DNA of 64,000 bases from Eledone cirrhosa (lineage: Eukaryota). The notes under the pieces are model-generated. The model saw only the letters and a list, made by a program, of their open reading frames with translations. It was not told where the DNA came from and made no database searches. Of the stretch, positions 47,257-60,909 are shown in pieces. Position 1 is the first letter of the stretch, and each line of letters opens with the position of its first letter. The stretch lies in NCBI GenBank assembly GCA_964016885.1, contig OZ024746.1, positions 95,914,001-95,978,000 of the forward strand, read 5' to 3'. A program made the translations under genes and the position numbers.

Positions 47257-48303
47257 CTCCTTCATTCTGTTGCCAATACTGAGCATCAGTGTAAAAAACC
47301 AAACCACTACCACCTTTCTCCCATTTAAGTTCAATATCATGTTCAAACAAACGCTCTTTATTTCGTTCTTGGCCACTTGGATCATCATATAATGCCTCAT
47401 GACGTTCCCACTCTTCACAATAATCACCATCTTCTTCAGAATTATCTGAACCACGATCAAACTCAATCATTTTTTCTTCAATATTCAAAGCCATCTTTCT
47501 TTTCATTTTAGCAACCTCTCGCTTCCTCTTGGCTTTTTCCTCCATTTTCAGTTGCTTTTTTTCATAAAATGTATCAGTTTTTTCTGTTATGTTGGCGTCA
47601 TTTCTCTGTAGTTTATCAGTGTCTATCTTAGCATCTGACTGTGGAGGTTGTATTTGAATATCATTAGAACAATCAGAGATTATCTCCAAATGAGGATTCT
47701 CAGGATTAGCTAAAGCAGTGGAGCCATTATTTTCTCTGCTATCAATATTGGCAGTAGCTTTTAAATGACAGCTGCTGCTACTATTATCATTGATATTTGC
47801 AATAGTTCTTAGATTGTCATTACCACTACTATCACTATTAACATCATCAACATCAGTAGTAGTAGCAGTAATAGCAGTAGTAGTAGTTTTTAGATTAGTT
47901 ATATCCATATTTTCACTTTGTGTTTTACTAACTTCCTTTTGACCATAATTCAATTTACTTTTGGAATAACTTTTCTGACAGTTTCCTTTATTTCTCAAGC
48001 CTCGGTCGAGAGTATCACCAGAATTGGGAAGGCACTGAATATCATAGTCAAATGGAACACTGCCATATATTTTGTTATGAACCGTTTTAGGAAATATAAG
48101 TTGTAATTTACTGATAATCCTTGGTGGTAATTTACATTGATTAATTAATTCTAAGAAAACACAAGTTGGAGTCCCCACATTTCCTTTTGGCATTACAGCA
48201 GGTGCATTGAGTTCTGGAAGATTTTCAAGGTCAGTCTTTGTAAACATTTCCCGATCTTCAGGAATATGTGATTGTTCTTCTCTGGTTTTGTATAGCGTCT
48301 TGT
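47257..48303 (-). CDS. GPATCH3: GPATCH3 exon 3
   Basis: 1047 nt open. LPELNAPAVMPKGNVGTP...YGSVPFDY...EEWERHEALYDD...ERLFE..IELKWEKGGSGLVFYTDAQYW. Confidence 0.95.
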
Positions 48304-48329
48304 CTGAAAATATATCAAAACGGCTAGAT

Positions 48330-48875
48330 TATTCTAGGATAGGATGGAAGAAGTTTAGAGAGCTACTCTCACTGTTGACAACAAAAGGTTTCTCCCTACA
48401 TAAAAAAGGATGATGCCTGTTTGCGAAGTGCAATGCTGAATGGTAGTGAAACATGGGCAGTGACTGCAGAAGACATGCCTAAGCTGGAGAGAAATGAAGT
48501 AGCTATGTTTAATTGGATATTCACTGTAAACGTAAGAGAAATGCAGAGCTTGGATGGACTGAGGGAGAAACTAGGTTTAAGAGGAATCCGAGGTGGTGTA
48601 CAGGAGAGAAAACTGTGTTGATACGAAAATGTGATGTGTATGGATGATGACCAATGGTGAAGAAGTGCCAGGAAATGCCAGTGGAAGGAAGTTGCAGTAG
48701 AGGTAGACCAAGAAAGACCTGAGCAGAGGTGGTGAGAGCTGACCTCAAATCACTGAAACTCACAGAGGCGATAACAAAGGAAAGTGACATGTGGAGTGAT
48801 GCTGTGCTGAGAAGGACCCACCCAACCCATGCAAACATGGAAAAGCAGACATAAAAATGGCGAATATGATGATTC
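48330..48875 (+). mobile_element. RTE LINE 3' fragment (similar copy at 50440-50940)
   Basis: RIGWKKFRELL...NGSETWAV...RGRPRKT. Tail aacccatgcaaacatggaaaagcagac. Confidence 0.82.
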
Positions 48876-49084
48876 TATTAAAATTAATTTTGTACTTTTC
48901 TAATTTACCCTCTCTTCTGACTGCCAAGTGAGAGTAATAAATATATTTTTAATGAACTAAACACATAACTCTTTTGATAACAACCCAGCTAAAACCAGCT
49001 CTGGTTGTATGAAACAAGCCACCCATTTCAAAGAATTCCTATTTAAATTAAAACCTTCCAACATAATTTTATATAATAACCATC

Positions 49085-49350
49085 AGATACCTGGCCCTTT
49101 TGGATCACCTCCGAACAGCTGTTGGTCGCTGTAGAGCCAACCTTCAGAAATGGAGATATACCACCGATGATGATTCCAACTGCCAATGCAGGCAATTACA
49201 AACTATGGAGCACCTTCTAGTCTGCACCAATCTTAAATATTCATGCACACTTAACAACCTTGAAACCTTAACAGCCCAGGCAAGGCTCTGTGCACAACAA
49301 TGGATTGGTGTGGTGTAGCAACCATATGTTAAGTTACTACCATAATAATA
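49085..49350 (+). mobile_element. Ingi/Vingi-like LINE C-terminal fragment
   Basis: LDHLRTAVGRCRANLQKW...CQC..LQTMEHLLVC, with a (TAA)n tail. Confidence 0.65.
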
Positions 49351-49925
49351 AAGTAATAAATCATTTTAGTAAATTCCTTAAAATTCTTCATTAGTTAATT
49401 GAAATATAATTGTTTCTACTTTTGGCACAAAGCCAGCAATTATCCCAGTGCATTACTGGTACTTTATTTTATCGACCCCGTAAGGATGAAAGGCAAAGTT
49501 AACCTCGGCAGGATTTGAACTCAGATCATAAAGGGCCGTAACTCTATGCTGCAAAGCATGGCGTCCGACTCGCTACCGATACTGCCAATCCACCGCCCTT
49601 AGTTAATTGAAATATAATGTATTTTAATTAGAAATACTGTCACGACAGAGTTAACCCTTTACCATTTACATTACTCTATATATACTATTATATTTTCATG
49701 GTAAACACTTTACATCACACAAATATTTTACATAATATCAAATCTATGAAATTTTGATATTATTTATTTTGAAAACGGTACCTTAACATCAGTATGAGTG
49801 GCAAGTTACAACCAGTTTGAACAGAAAGAGGTGAGAGAATTCTGACTGGATACACAGTGTTTACAGTGAAAATACAATAGTAAATATAGAATAATGTAAA
49901 TACTAAAGGGTTATTTCAATCTTAC

Positions 49926-50087
49926 CTTCAACAGGATTGCAAAATCGGATTTTTCTGATATGGCATTGAGATTTCATGGACTCCCCTTTTTCATTAATCC
50001 AATGGCGTTCATTGTATTCAAAAAGATCATTAAATCTTACTTCAGGAATACGGATTACACAGCAGCAAGGAGAAAGTGGTTTATTAT
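49926..50087 (-). CDS. GPATCH3: GPATCH3 exon 2
   Basis: tttcag/gtaaga. DNKPLSPCCCVIRI...YNERHWINEKG...CHIRKIR. Confidence 0.9.
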
Positions 50088-52125
50088 CTGAAAATAAAGA
50101 CAAAAACAATTATTATTTTAAACAATGATCTATTTTTAGAAATGCTGACCAGATATGAATTTATTGAAAATTAACCTAGACTTAGAAGCTTCTAAGTTAA
50201 TTTTCAATCTTGCTTAAACAAAGTTCAGGGAGCTCGATCGATTATCAACAGTTGATCAACTTTTGTCAAATCGAACCGAGGAAACAATGTTTCTGTTTGT
50301 CTTTCTAATTGCTAATACTCTCTATTGGTCGCAACCCCAGGTAGAAGTAGGAATGTGAAATAAAGTGGTCCAGGAATCAAACTCACAACCTCACGATTGC
50401 GAATCCAATTCTCTTACTATTCAGCCACATGACTTCACCAGGGAGCTATTAGCTCTTGACAACAAATGAAATGTTTTCTGAGTAAAAGGTAGATTATATG
50501 ACTGCATGAGAAGTACAATGTTGGTGGTAGTGAGATATGGGCAGTAAAAGCAGAGGATATACTGAGGCTAGAGAGAAATGAAGCAAGCATATTCTGTTGG
50601 ATACGTATTGTTAGATTGTGTAAACAATAGAGCTGAGAGAAAAACTGGGTATAGCTGAAATTGGATGTAGTGTGCAAGAAAGAAACTGTGCTGGTATGGA
50701 CATGTGATGCATATGGATGATGAACACTGGGTGAAGAAATGTCAGGTCCTAGTGGAAGGAAACTGCAGCAGAGGAAGACAGAGAAAAACCAAAGCAGAGG
50801 TAGAGTTGATCTCAAGATGGTGATCTTCACAGAGGAGATGATGTTGGAATATGACAAGTGAAGAGAAGCTGTGCTAGAAAGGACCCTACCAACCCATGCA
50901 AGTATGGAAAAACAGACATGATGATGATGATGATGATGATAACAAGTCTCTGTATAGTCAGATCTGCACTCTTTACCCCTTCCTCCCTCTTTTCATTACT
51001 TAATTTTCTTTTATCTTTTTTATATTTCAATCATTGTATAACTTCTTTTCATAAAATATAGTTGACATAATAAAAATGTTTAAAGTTTAAAAAGAAAAAA
51101 AGTTAAAGTTTAGGTTTAGGATTGGTGTTACGGTTGGATAGGAGGGAGGTGCTTAAAAATTTAACTTTCAAATAAGAAAAAGAAAATTGCAGAAATTAAC
51201 TTCCTGTTTCAGAAGTAGAAATACGAAGAAACTTTTGAAAAAAAAAAAAAAAAGAAAGAAACGAAACAGAAAAAGTTAAGGAGTCGAAGATAAGCCCTTG
51301 TATTTTATCCCGTCAATCTTGGTTCTATTTCCGGTGATATTTAACGTTAGTTTATTTACTTGTAAGTGTTTATATTCTGTTGCAGAGATGTTTCGTACCT
51401 TGTCACTACCGAAGACCCCGTTTATTTAAATTAATTTTCCCACGGACCCCAGTCTTTTGAAAAGTCTGTCTACTGAACCAGCTTACGAACTCAGGTTGGG
51501 AACCCCGCTATAGCAAATGACCATTAAACAAAGATGATGTTGTCTTATCCCAGTCAGCCTTAAGTTCGATCATCCCGTGTGTGTATACACTGGTCATACT
51601 TGGTAACGAGAGGGCACCAATCATGTGTGTATATCTATATATATATATATAGAGAGAGAGAGAGTTTCAGAAGATCCCGTTAAGGGTGAAAGCACTGATT
51701 CTTTGCTTAAACTTTAATCTGTTATTTTAATAAATATTTGCTCTAGGGTTCTTATATATTTGATATATATTATCCATATCGAGCCCTGAGCTACGCACTT
51801 TATCAATTAACGTTACCCCCAAAGACCCTTCAGAGGAACCCCATTTCGGCCGCTTGTATTCGCGATCGTGTTCTTTCGGTCATAACCCAAGATCTATAAC
51901 CATATAAGGGTTGGCACGAATACCGAATTGAAGATAACGAGTTTGGTTTTTATGCCTACCTCCCTTCTTCTGATTACTCTTCGGAAATATCACGAATTAA
52001 TAAAGAGCAGATAATGTTAAAATAATATTCTAAAAAAATTAAATTTATAAATGGACTCGAAAATATTTAAATATAATGTAAATAATAAAAAAAAAAAAAT
52101 AAACACGTTTCAGTTAATATCTGAC

Positions 52126-52300
52126 CATGGTTGTTAATTGAAGGTAGTTGTTTCTGCGATGGTCTCTTCACCTCAGGACGATGGCGATAATGGAAACAGT
52201 CAAAACCATCGGTTTCAACAATAGTAGAAAAAAAGTTACGTAAATCTTTCGAGTGATATTTAGCTGGGATATTTCCGACTAAAACTTGTACAATAGACAT
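52126..52300 (-). CDS. GPATCH3: G-patch domain-containing protein 3, exon 1
   Basis: MSIVQVLVGNIPAKYHSKDLRNFFS...GFDCFHYRHRPE is the conserved GPATCH3 N-terminus. In-frame stop upstream, phase-1 donor G|gtcaga. Confidence 0.9.
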
Positions 52301-55129
52301 TTCATGTGTTCAAACATAAACAACTGGAGTCATAACCCTCGCACACAGTAAAGCTGGAGATAGATTCCTCGCCTGATAAACGTAGAAGTCGGTTTCGATT
52401 ACAAATCAAAACCAATTTTTTTTTTTTATTCATGTAAGGAAATTTTATTCACAGTTGTATAAATAACATTAAACATTTTTCACAATTTTTTCAAAATGAA
52501 AATATAAACACATATAATCTGTTTGTAATGTTATTTATTACCTTACAATATAAAATATATTTTATATTTAGCTGTATCTCGTTTTAAGTAAATTAAAAAT
52601 ATCTTTATTATTAAACACATATAATAAATACAATTAACTACTGCTAGGAACCTCACAAATATAAAGCACTAATCAAAGCTAATTCACTTCAATTATACAA
52701 ATAATAAACATTGAGTAAAGCATATAAAATTCTTGTAATCCTATTCACCTTTAGAAACACGGTGACTAAATAATTATTATATTTTGATAAATATCAAAGC
52801 AACAGTTAAGTGAAGTAAATACCATTAATCTACTTCAGATAACCTGAAAAAACTCAGTTATATTCTAAATAATTGTTCCGAATATTTTGCTTCATTTATA
52901 TACTATATGAAAAACTCACTATAATTTAACGAACAACTTCCAGGGAGAGTGATACGAAACTAAGGTATTGAAAAAAAGTTTTTGTCGTGACACTCCACAA
53001 CGTAGAACACTTGAGTATAGCTGCTAATGATGTTCGAAGTAAGACACACACTCGCAGCATTGCCTCGGGGGATAGCGAGGTCAAGATGCTGGAATAACCA
53101 TTATAAACCTTTGATACCCAGCTGTAATTAAACGAAATAAATACTATATATATATATATTAATGTTGGCATGTTAAACTCAAAAAGCACTTTATATGTTA
53201 TCAGGAATGTAGCATGAGCGAATTCGAAGAATTTGTCTTTGGTGGCTGAGAAATTTTACAAATAATAAAACAGATTTTTATGGGCAAAACCAACTGGCAA
53301 GAGACCCAGGAGTAGACCCCAAGCAAGATGGTTGGTTAACATTCATGAGCTTGGCTGGTCTCGCTTGGCGATCTAGCCGGATCAGTTGGAGACGGTTGCT
53401 TTTGAGGAATAAGTGGGCGAAGAAGAAGATAAATTGAAATATGTTTATTTTACATGCGACGAAAGTGACATCACAGTAAAAGCAAGAAGTTTTATCGAGA
53501 TAAGATGGAGAGAAAAAATAAGAGAGAAATGCTAAATGTATTTGTCAAAACAAATGAAGTGGCGGAAGGCAAACTGGGAAATGATGTTTATACTGTCTGG
53601 ATAATAACAACGACAGCTGGCACAACAAATTAATAAAGAGGGTGAATTATAAGCATTTGGATGCAAATATTTTATTAGCAGTTTGACGAAGCGAGCCCTG
53701 CCTTGAGTTAACGTCCCCAGATTGTTCAGAGTTGATAGGAAGAGGCCAGACAATCTTACTCTGGGTAATAGGTAGGTGTCTCATTTGGGACACCACAGAT
53801 AGCGACTCCTTTTCTCCTTCCTACATTTTGGATGTTGTGGCGAAGGTGAGGGTTACTGCTTATGGTGCAGAATGGAATAAAATTGTAAAATACCAGGAAT
53901 AACTAACAAACAATTTTTGGTAAATTTATAGAACTCAATTTCAGTGGGGGAAGAACATTTTTTTCCTCAGTTTTCTCGTTTGCTATCAACTAATCTAACC
54001 TCCAAGATTCTGGCAATCGACTTTATCCCCAGAGAACGGAAGGGGTGGGGGTGCACACTCTTCGGAGTTTTCCCTCTGTCCGCCTCCCTTTTTTACGTGT
54101 TATCAACGAGAAGGACCTCCAAACCAGTAAGAAACGTTTAGATTTATAGAAAAGGTGTGGGTGAAAGGGAGCGAAAAGACCATTGGAGTTTCACAGAGCT
54201 ACACACATTTCGTATTTGGCGGGAAATAATTATGTTTCCTTGTTTTGTTTTGTTTTTTTCTGGACCTTTTAGATGTTTACAATCGACTTTCGACTTTTGC
54301 CACACACGAAAAAAAAAAAAAAACGAGGAAAATTGGGGTGATCTATAGTAATACCCTTTTTCAGACTCTGGTGTGCGAGACGTTTTGAGTGAGCTAGGCC
54401 ACTGACACCAAAGTTCTAGCCATTGTTGGCGCCTCATCCTACTGATGTAGGCAGTGCTTGGTTATTCTAGCATCTTAGCCATGCTATCACCCATTGTAAT
54501 GATACGAGTGTATTAGCTTCTCTTATTTCAGTGGAAACTCTAGCACCCCTTGTGGTATGGGATTTAGTGTGTGGATCTTCTCCCACTTTTTTTTTTTTTT
54601 TTTTTTTTTTTTTCCCCTTTTGGTTATTTTAAACAATGCTGTTTGAGCCTTCAATGGATACAGGCTTTAATCTTCAGCGCGCTCAGTGTGTTTTATGTCG
54701 CCAGTAGAGTAATCTCCCCTTAATACATCATACAGTGTCAAGGGAAGCAATTCATTAAACAATTCAGTGTGCTAAAGCTTAAAATACTTCTTTGCATATT
54801 GTTATTTGACCACCATTGGTTACGATGATATATGTTCCAATCAGATCAACAGTACAGCTTTCTTCTGGGGGAAGAGTCCTCAAACACTCCCTCCAGTGGG
54901 TCCTGTCGAATCCCCAAGCAATACCAGCCTAGGTCATGGATGTTATCCAACCACCTTACTGAGTAAGATCTATCCTGCATTGGTGAGGAGGGTGATTTTG
55001 GAAACCCTGCAGGACAAAAAACAAAACCTGACAAAGGGCGGAAGAAATCATAAGAGTCAACGGCCATCCAAAAATGTGTAAATATGTATATACACATGTA
55101 CATATGTATGTGTATGTATATGCATGTGT

Positions 55130-55860
55130 ATATGCCTGGGGTGTCAGGGAGGGGCATGTACCTCTGTAGGGAGGGCTAGCCATGCCCTTTTCAGCTCGTC
55201 CTGCATTGGGTCCCACCTGACACTCAGCTCTCACCTGTGGCCCCAAGAAGCTGTAGCATGCGACAGCGGCCACACCCCGGTAAACCTCCTTGGCTGGCGG
55301 GCCGAACCAGGTTGAGGGTAGCTGGACGGGTCTGAAACCCTCCACCCTCACCCCCACCCCCGGCCAGTTAGATAGGGGATGCCTGCCCCTGCATGCGAAG
55401 ACTGGACCCGGCGGAGTGAGTGGAGGAGGACAACATCGTCCCAATGGTCACAAAGGTGGTGACAGCAAGCGGTGTGGAGCGCTAGGGCACGGCAAGGCAC
55501 TACAGTCGTTGTGGCGATCCACTGCAGCCAAGGAAGTCCCTGGTCGTGATGGTCCTCCGTACCACCGGATTCTGGCTTCTGCGGCCGAGTGAGTGGGACT
55601 GTCACTGTGCACTGGCCCTCCCACTATAAACCTTTTCCGCCCAGGTTTCTTCTTTAGCGTGCACTCCCAAAGCCCTGCGGCGATGGGCGAGAGGTGGAGG
55701 TAACCTTTGGGAGTTGCCAGTCTGACTCCGGTCTCTTCCTCTGTCCCCACTGTCCCCGGGTGTGCCTGTCAAGGATCGGCCTCCACAGCCACCTTCGTGC
55801 CCACGGCAGACGGGAACAACAATAAAGAAGATGTCATCATCGTTTACGATGGACAACCAA
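55130..55860 (+). mobile_element. GC-rich segment, probable LINE (RTE-like) 5' UTR
   Basis: Sharp GC/CpG rise, no convincing ORF, hairpins, truncated by a MITE. The family call is from recollection only. Confidence 0.4.
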
Positions 55861-56386
55861 GAGAAGAAGATTTTGAGAACAATACCTTAATATCAGTATG
55901 AGTGGCCGGTTACAGCTGGTTTGAACAGAATGAGGTGAGAGAATTCTGGCCGGATATCGCTGGTTTAAATGCTAAAGGGTTAATAGTGTGGCTCGCCTTA
56001 TGATGAACCACATCCTATGTGGCTCACTACTCAAGAAAAGGTGCTCAAGCCTGGTCTAAGAACAGCCAAAAACAGATTGAGTGTTGATTCGTAAAATCAA
56101 GTTTTTTATTTGGCGGAGGTGGAGGACGTATATTAAACTCCATATCAACTCTGATTAGGCACATGTATGATCATAGACATTCCATATATGACCACCCCCA
56201 TCTCTGTTTATATTTTTGTTGTGTGTCAGGAACCTTGGATCACATTATCAAACATTTTTTTTTTAAGATGATGGTGTGTGATTTGAGATTTGGCTGCTGT
56301 TTCTAGCAATTCGAGAGACCACTTAGAGAGCTCCTCTCTACTACCGGGAATTGATATGTGTCATTCCTATCTCATTTTATATGTTA

Positions 56387-56977
56387 CTAGCAGTGGTACC
56401 CGGCGTTGCACGGGATAAGGTATTGTGAAATATATAACCGCCTTAGCTAAGCTTAGTATTGCCACAACCACGGCTGGCAAAGAAGTAAGGGTCTGGTGGT
56501 ACGTAAGTAAGCAACACTGTGGCTTAAAACGTGAGGAAGAAGTTGTGTGCACTTACCAACTGTTTGGGGAATGAATGTGAGATTTGTCTTGAGCAAGGGT
56601 GGCAAAATAACCAGAGGCAGCAGACAGCCAGACATAGAGACAGATATTATAAGGGCGCGTTTTGGGCGCAGAGCGAATTGTAGGAAGTGATGTAATGCAG
56701 GCAGCCAGACATACAGACAGATATTATAAGGGCGCGACGTTATATGTATGTATCTATCTAAAAAGAGAAAGACTAAGAATTATAGAGAGAGATCGTTAAA
56801 TCGCCTAATGCGGTCCCTAGGGCATTGAAAATTTGAAATTTTTTTTGCTCAGAACACTCCCCGAAACATAAGTAAACATGTGTAAAGTTTGTAAACAGTA
56901 GGTTGGGTGCTTCTCTAGTTTTAGGGATTCAAACTCACACACACACAGACAGACATCCTCAGTTTTGTATATATAGA
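56387..56977 (-). mobile_element. Non-autonomous Helitron
   Basis: Minus strand: a|TCTATATA...CCCGTGCAACGCCGGG hairpin-8 nt-CTAG|t, inserted at an A|T site. Confidence 0.8.
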
Positions 56978-57822
56978 TATATCGCAGTAGACTCTAATAA
57001 CCACGCCTAAATTACCAGCAATAGTTTTAAGTACACTTGATAATGATTTAAGAAATCTATTTTTAATAGTTGTTTCTACTTTTGGCACAAGGCCAGCAAT
57101 TACCCAGTACATTACTGGTACTTTATTTTATCGACCCCGTAAGGATGAAATGCAAAATTAACCTCGACGGGATTTGAACTCAGACCATAAAGGGACGTAA
57201 CTATGCTGTAAAGCATGGCGTCCAACCCTCTACCAATACTGCCAATTCACCGAATAGTGATGATACATACACAGAACTAATGGCTCATCTTTATATATAT
57301 AAAAGCGAGGATGTGTGTGTGTCTGTGTACAACTTTGGATACTTAAGGCTTTTACAATTACCAACCGAATTTGACCAAATTTTCCCTGCACGTTGTATTT
57401 TTCCAATCGACCCACGTTGAGCAATAAAAAAAATTGATATGAAAATTATCGGTAGCAAAATTGATGTAAGGGAGATAACCAACTTTATTGACAATCCTTA
57501 TAAAGAGAGTGAGATATGGAGACCTCTTTTACTTGCTAGCTGTATATTCTTAGCATTAGTGGTGTTTTGTGACATAATGAAATTAATTTTCTTGGAAAAT
57601 ATCGTGAAAGAAACCCACAATACAAAGCAATAGAAAAAAAAAACAGAAATAAATGCAAATAGTAGCTTCAGAGAATACGTTGACACTGTCATCTGAATTA
57701 GGTCGATAATAACATGACACTATCCTCAAGTAACTTCATATACAATGTAGATTAATTTCAAATAGTATCAATTTTTTCTTTGTTCTGTAAAATCAAGGAC
57801 TTTTGTAGGCGCCACACACACA

Positions 57823-57899
<77 letters not shown>

Positions 57900-58949
57900 T
57901 GTGTGTGTAGTTTTCAAGCAACCAGCCAATACACATTCTCTTTTATATTATATATAGCTATATAGATAAATAATATAATATATACTATGTATAAATAAAT
58001 ATATATTTTACTATATTTATATATATGTATCATTTGATATTTGATATTTGATATACTATTATACCATCCCTACTGCTCCCCTAGCGACCCCTGGACTTTC
58101 TCAGTACCCCCCCCCCCCCCCCCACCACCACCACCACCACCCTGGTGGGGGGTAGCGCCCACTTTCAGAACCCTGTATACTGACGTGGTGCTGCTACAAG
58201 AAAAGCAGCCAGTCGATCCTGTAAGGTGCTCATGTTAGTTACTCGAGCAAAAAAACATCCAATCCACCTTGTATGATGGTCGTGCTTGTAACACCACAAA
58301 AAGCGCCTAGTCCACCCTGTAACATGGTCGTGCCGGTGACTTGACAAAAAGCACCTAGTCCACCCTGTAACATGGTCGTGCTGGTGACATGACAAAAAGC
58401 ACCTAGTCCACCTTGTATGATGGTCATGTTGGTAACACAACAAAAAAGGTTGGTCCATTCTGTAAGATGATCGTGCTGATGACATGACAAAAAGTGACTA
58501 GCTCGCTCTGTAACATGGCCATGCTGATGACACAACAAAAATACACCCAGCCCACCTTGTTAGATGGTAATTTTGGTGCCACAATAAAAAGCACCTGCTC
58601 TTTACTGTAACATACATGGTTGACATTAGGAAAGGCATCCAGCTGTAGAAACCAAGCCAAAATACACATCCGTAGGAGCAAAACGTGGGTCACCTAACCT
58701 CACTTGAATCATAACATAACAACCCATCTAACCCACACAAGCATGGAAACATAGGCAGTGAATAATGGTGATGATGATGATATGTATATATATCATCATC
58801 ATCGTTTAATATCCCTTTTCCATGCTAGCATGGGTAGGATAGGCTGTCCCTTTGGGAGAGATCAAGTTGAAGGACTGTTTCGCTCACACAGGGCTGATTT
58901 TGGCTTGATTTCTACTGCTGGATGCCCTTCCTAACGTCAACCACATTTA

Positions 58950-60115
58950 CAGTGTGGACTAGGTGCTTTTTGTCATGACACCTACATGACCACTTTACAG
59001 TGTGTGCTGGGTACTTTTTGTCATGACACCTACATGACCACTTTACTGTGTGTGCTGGGTACTTTTTGTCATGACACCTACATGACCACTATACAGTGTG
59101 GACTGGGTACTTTTTGTCATGACACCTACATGACCACTTTACAGTGTGCTGGGTACTTTTTGCATGACACCTACATGACCACTTTACAGTGTGGACTGGG
59201 TGCTTTTTGTCATGACACCTACATGACTACTATACAGTGTGGACTGGGTACTTTTTGTCATAACACCTACATGACCACTTTACAGTGTGCTGGGTACTTT
59301 TTGCATGACACCTACATGACCACTTTACAGTGTGCTGGGTACTTTTTGCATGACACCTACATGACCACTTTACAGTGTGGACTGGGTGTTTTTTGTCATG
59401 ACACCTACATGACCACTTTACAGTGTGGACTAGATGCTTTTTGTCATGACACCTACATGACCACTTTACAGTGTGGACTAGATGCTTTTTGTCATGACAC
59501 CTACATGACCACTTTACAGTGTGGACTGAATGCTTTTTGTCATGACACCTACATGACCACTTTACAGTGTGGACTGGATGCTTTTTGTCATGACACCTAC
59601 ATGATCACTTTACAGTATGGACTGGATGCTTTTTGTCATGACACCTACATGACCACTTTACAGTGTGGACTGGGTGCTTTTTGTCATGACACCTACATGA
59701 CCACTATACAGTGTGACTGGGTGCTTTTTGTTATGACACCTACATGACCACTTTACAGTGTGGACTGGATGCTTTTTGTCATGACACCTACATGACCACT
59801 TTACAGTGTGGACTGGGTGCTTTTTGTCATGACACCTACATGACCACTTTACAGTGTGGACTGAATGCTTTTTGTCATGACACCTACATGACCACTTTAC
59901 AGTGTGGACTGGGTGCTTTTTGTTGTGACACCTACATGACCACTTTACAGTGTGGACTGGGTGCTTTTTGTCATGACACCTACATGACCACTATACAGTG
60001 TGGACTGGGTTCTTTTTGTCATGACACCTACATAACCACTTTACAGTGTGGACTGGGTGCTTTTTGTCATGACACCTACATGACCACTTTACAGTGAGGG
60101 CTGGGCATTTTTGTC
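58950..60115. repeat. 48-bp minisatellite, about 24 copies, derived from the LINE/SINE 3' UTR
   Basis: Unit TGACACCTACATGACCACTTTACAGTGTGGACTGGGTGCTTTTTGTCA. Shorter arrays at 2390-2630, 43200-43330, 58240-58600. Confidence 0.95.
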
Positions 60116-60909
60116 ATGGCTCCAGAGGGACCACTTCATGGTGTGGGATGGGAACTTGAAGGGTGGGCGAAGAAGCTTGGGGAAATTGATTCGGCGGCCA
60201 ATGCATGGGTTCCCATTTGCTTATAATAGTGAGAGATGAGGAGAGTGGGAGAGACAGTGGCAATGACAGTGGGAGTTTGGTTCCTTTGTGTTCGGACCTG
60301 GTATATATGTGTATATGTATATATATATTTATTTACCACACCACATTAATACTACCTGTCAGTTGAGACTGTATTTCATATAATTATACTGGAATGATTT
60401 ATGGGCTGTTACAAAGGGAAATAACTCAGACAAAACTAATTCAATATCAAATGAAATATGAAGTGAGGAAACATGAAATTCCTGGAATTCTTATTGTAAA
60501 AGACTTTAACTCTTTAGCATTTATATTACTCTATCCATACTATTGTATTTTCCCAGAAGGCTTTACCTCACATAATTATCTCACATAATATCGATTCTAT
60601 GAGATTTTGATGTTATTTATTTTGAGAACAATACCTTAACATCAGTATGAGCAGCCAGTTACGACTGGTCTGAACAGAAAGAAGTGAGAAAATTCTGGCC
60701 ATATACAGCCGGTTTAAATACTAAAGAGTTCATGCCTATTGTTATATCTATTAGTGAATAGACATATATAATAATGGTTTCTTATATAGGCACAAGGCCA
60801 GCAATTTTGAGCGAGAGGAACGTCAATTAAATCGATCCCAGTGCATGACTGGTACTTTATTTTATCGACCCTGTAAGGAGGAAAGGGCCATAATGCTATG
60901 CTGCAAAGC

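Noticed and set aside
53830-53860. First exon of a gene divergent from GPATCH3 (ATG...AAG|gtgagg)
   Set aside because: Only a donor-like motif is present, with no supporting downstream exons in the window.
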